A stretch of DNA of 64,000 bases from a candidate division FCPU426 bacterium (GTDB lineage: Bacteria; Oederibacteriota; Muellerivitia; Muellerivitales; Muellerivitaceae), in assembly GCA_027452205.1 (NCBI GenBank), contig DAIDGV010000027.1, positions 6,471-70,470 on the forward strand, written 5' to 3'. Within the stretch, counting starts at the first letter, position 1; every line of letters starts with the position of its first letter. The notes below the pieces were generated by a model, which saw nothing but the letters and a program-made list of their open reading frames with translations, was not told where the DNA came from and did not search any database. A program made the position numbers and the translations under genes. Positions 61,925-64,000 of the stretch are shown here, piece after piece.

Positions 61925-64000
61925 TTGAAGAACAAAGGCGTACGGAACAATTTACGTTTTTACGGGATCATCATCGCTCTTCTTTGGTTTGCCGGCGTAA
62001 ATTCGGCGCAAGCTCAAACTTGTACGCCTGTCTCGGCTACCTTGCTTGGTTCGGCGGATGATGAGCTCGAAATATGGATCAACGGGAACGGACCCTATCC
62101 TTCTTCGGGACCGATCAGTTACCTGACCGCGGGCGGGGCAAGCGGCTATTCCCCGATTTCCCTTCCAGTCGCGGCTTTCAATACGACGGGCACTAATACC
62201 ATCGCGGTGCTGAACCAAAATCTGACCGCCTCGGTGGTGGAAGCGTCCTGGGTGATCCAGATCAATTGTTCCAGCGGACAAGTGCAATACATCACCAGCG
62301 CCGATCCCACCCTTAAGATGTACGATTCGGTGGATGCGGGTTGCGCTTCGGGTCCTCCGGCGCCCTCGCCGCCCCCCGATGGGGGAGGGAATGCCTGGTA
62401 TTCGCCCAATTACACTTTGTCCTCGACCTATTTCACGACCACTCCCACGGTCGTCACCAATCCAGCGGGGGTCTGGTTACAGCCCATTTATAACCCGGTG
62501 ACCGGTCTTTTGCAGCCTTGGATCTCCGTCAATAACACGGGTACGGACAACAGTGCGTGCGAAGGTCTTTATTACCGGGATGTTGTTACGATCAATCCCC
62601 AACCCTATATTCCGCCAAGTTTTTCCATTACAAAATCGGCTAATCCGACCACCATCGCGAAAAGTTATAGCGCGGGGACCATCGCTTATAAGTTGGTGGT
62701 TTGTAATGGCGGCGCGGCCATCAATACGCCGGTCACCATTTATGACAATCTTCAATACAACATCGGCGCTTATTATTCAGGCCCTACTTATAACTTTTCG
62801 CCGCCCAACCAGATTTTCTATAACGCGGGAGCGGGGCAATATGGCAGTCCGACCCAATTTATTTTTCCGGATGGGTTCGTGGGGAATGGCGCGTGCGTGA
62901 CCATTACCTATAACATGTCGATGGGCGACACGATGGACGCGGCGGTCACGACCTGCACTTTGATCAATCAAGCCGCCGTGACCTATGCGTTAACGCCGGC
63001 TTATGGTACCGCGGCGGTGACCATAAGCGGTTGCGCCGCTTCGGCGAACACCTCGACCAGCACCAGTACCCATACACAGACCAATACGCCGACCAAGACC
63101 AATACCCAAACCTCCACACCGACGGTCACCTATACGCAGACGGCTACCTTTACCCGCACACCGACCAACAGCATTACGCCCTCGCCCACCTCGACCATGA
63201 CCAACACGGTCACTAATACCGCAACTGTCCTGAACACCAATACTAGTACCGACACTTCCACTCAAACCGTCACGCGTACCCAGACCAACACCATTACAGC
63301 TTCCCCCACATCGACCATGACGAACACCATGACCGATACAGTGGTCAATACGAATACCCAGACAGCCACGGTGACCCAGACCAATACGAATAGCGCCACC
63401 TTGGTCAATACGGCCACCTTCACCAATACCCGTACGAATACAAACACCATTACACCTAGTCCGACTAATACGAATACAGCCACTAATACTGAAACCTTGG
63501 TCAACAGCGCTACTAACACCCCCTCGGTGACCAATACGAACAGCACTACCCCCAGCCCCACCAATACCAATACGGCCACCAGTACGGATACCCTGGCCGA
63601 TACGGCTACCATGACCAATACGGTCACGGTTACCAATACTCACACCGATACAGCTACCAGCACGCCGACCCTGTTCAATACCGCCACCAACACCTCGACG
63701 AATACCTCCACTTCCAGCTGGACCCCTACGGCCACCAACACCGACACCACCCTCAATACTTTTACCCCTACCAGTACACGCACTTCGACCGCCACCGCGA
63801 CTAACACCAATAGTGTGACCAGCACCCGTACGGGGACCAGCACTTCAACGGTGACAGCCACCCAAACGAGCACCAATACGCCGGTGTCCTCGGTGAGCAT
63901 GGTAAAGATCGCCAGTGAGACACAGGCTCAGTCCGGGGATACGATCACCTATGGCATCACCCTCAATGTGAATGGGAACGTTCTGAACAATCCGGTGGTG
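61925..64000 (+). CDS. large secreted protein with DUF11-like domains and Thr-x-Thr stalk (runs off the window end)
   Basis: open frame from TTG 61925 (or ATG 61874) to the end; signal peptide AQA; ITKSANP and VKIASETQAQSGDTITY; long TxT tract. Confidence 0.85.
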   Translation, partial: MKNKGVRNNLRFYGIIIALLWFAGVNSAQAQTCTPVSATLLGSADDELEIWINGNGPYPSSGPISYLTAGGASGYSPISLPVAAFNTTGTNTIAVLNQNLTASVVEASWVIQINCSSGQVQYITSADPTLKMYDSVDAGCASGPPAPSPPPDGGGNAWYSPNYTLSSTYFTTTPTVVTNPAGVWLQPIYNPVTGLLQPWISVNNTGTDNSACEGLYYRDVVTINPQPYIPPSFSITKSANPTTIAKSYSAGTIAYKLVVCNGGAAINTPVTIYDNLQYNIGAYYSGPTYNFSPPNQIFYNAGAGQYGSPTQFIFPDGFVGNGACVTITYNMSMGDTMDAAVTTCTLINQAAVTYALTPAYGTAAVTISGCAASANTSTSTSTHTQTNTPTKTNTQTSTPTVTYTQTATFTRTPTNSITPSPTSTMTNTVTNTATVLNTNTSTDTSTQTVTRTQTNTITASPTSTMTNTMTDTVVNTNTQTATVTQTNTNSATLVNTATFTNTRTNTNTITPSPTNTNTATNTETLVNSATNTPSVTNTNSTTPSPTNTNTATSTDTLADTATMTNTVTVTNTHTDTATSTPTLFNTATNTSTNTSTSSWTPTATNTDTTLNTFTPTSTRTSTATATNTNSVTSTRTGTSTSTVTATQTSTNTPVSSVSMVKIASETQAQSGDTITYGITLNVNGNVLNNPVV

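Noticed and set aside
60853-64000. tRNA-anchored genomic island
   Set aside because: No integrase and no duplicated tRNA 3' end visible within the window.

Overview
A ~55% GC (estimated by eye) chromosomal window from a bacterium with an outer membrane, probably an uncultured candidate-phylum lineage (inferred from a PorV-like barrel, a FlgD-Ig/T9SS-like C-terminal domain and Thr-rich secreted proteins). Most of it is housekeeping: pyk 3' end, a PyrR-attenuated pyrR-pyrB-pyrC-carA-carB operon, queE-queC-pyrD-rlpA, pyrF-pyrE, rqcH, a fadD-thiolase-hbd-crotonase-patatin operon, HU-groES-groEL, a Bat/MoxR cluster, yicC-gmk-rpoZ-coaBC, UDG, gltX and tRNA-Gln(CTG). The most interesting signal is intergenic. 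Several long imperfect palindromes built from 9-nt-periodic (CACNAAG/CACRGAG/NNNGGAT) or 7-nt-periodic (AATTNNN) units start at or just after stop codons. One encloses a GxxExxY (PD-(D/E)XK-like) gene between yicC and gmk. An empty copy between hbd and crotonase shares its right end, and its pairing deviations are mostly G-U compatible on the mRNA strand. At carA, a synonymously recoded duplicate of ten codons from the carA 3' end precedes an AT-rich orphan gene. Together these suggest an undescribed operon-inserting mobile or RNA-structured cassette system. Other oddities: a secreted (D/N)PKTG decapeptide-repeat protein, a kinase-PP2C-HTH fusion, a candidate structured RNA, a C-terminally short pyruvate kinase and an unannotated 41-aa lipoprotein. 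All calls come from reading the sequence by eye; no searches were run.
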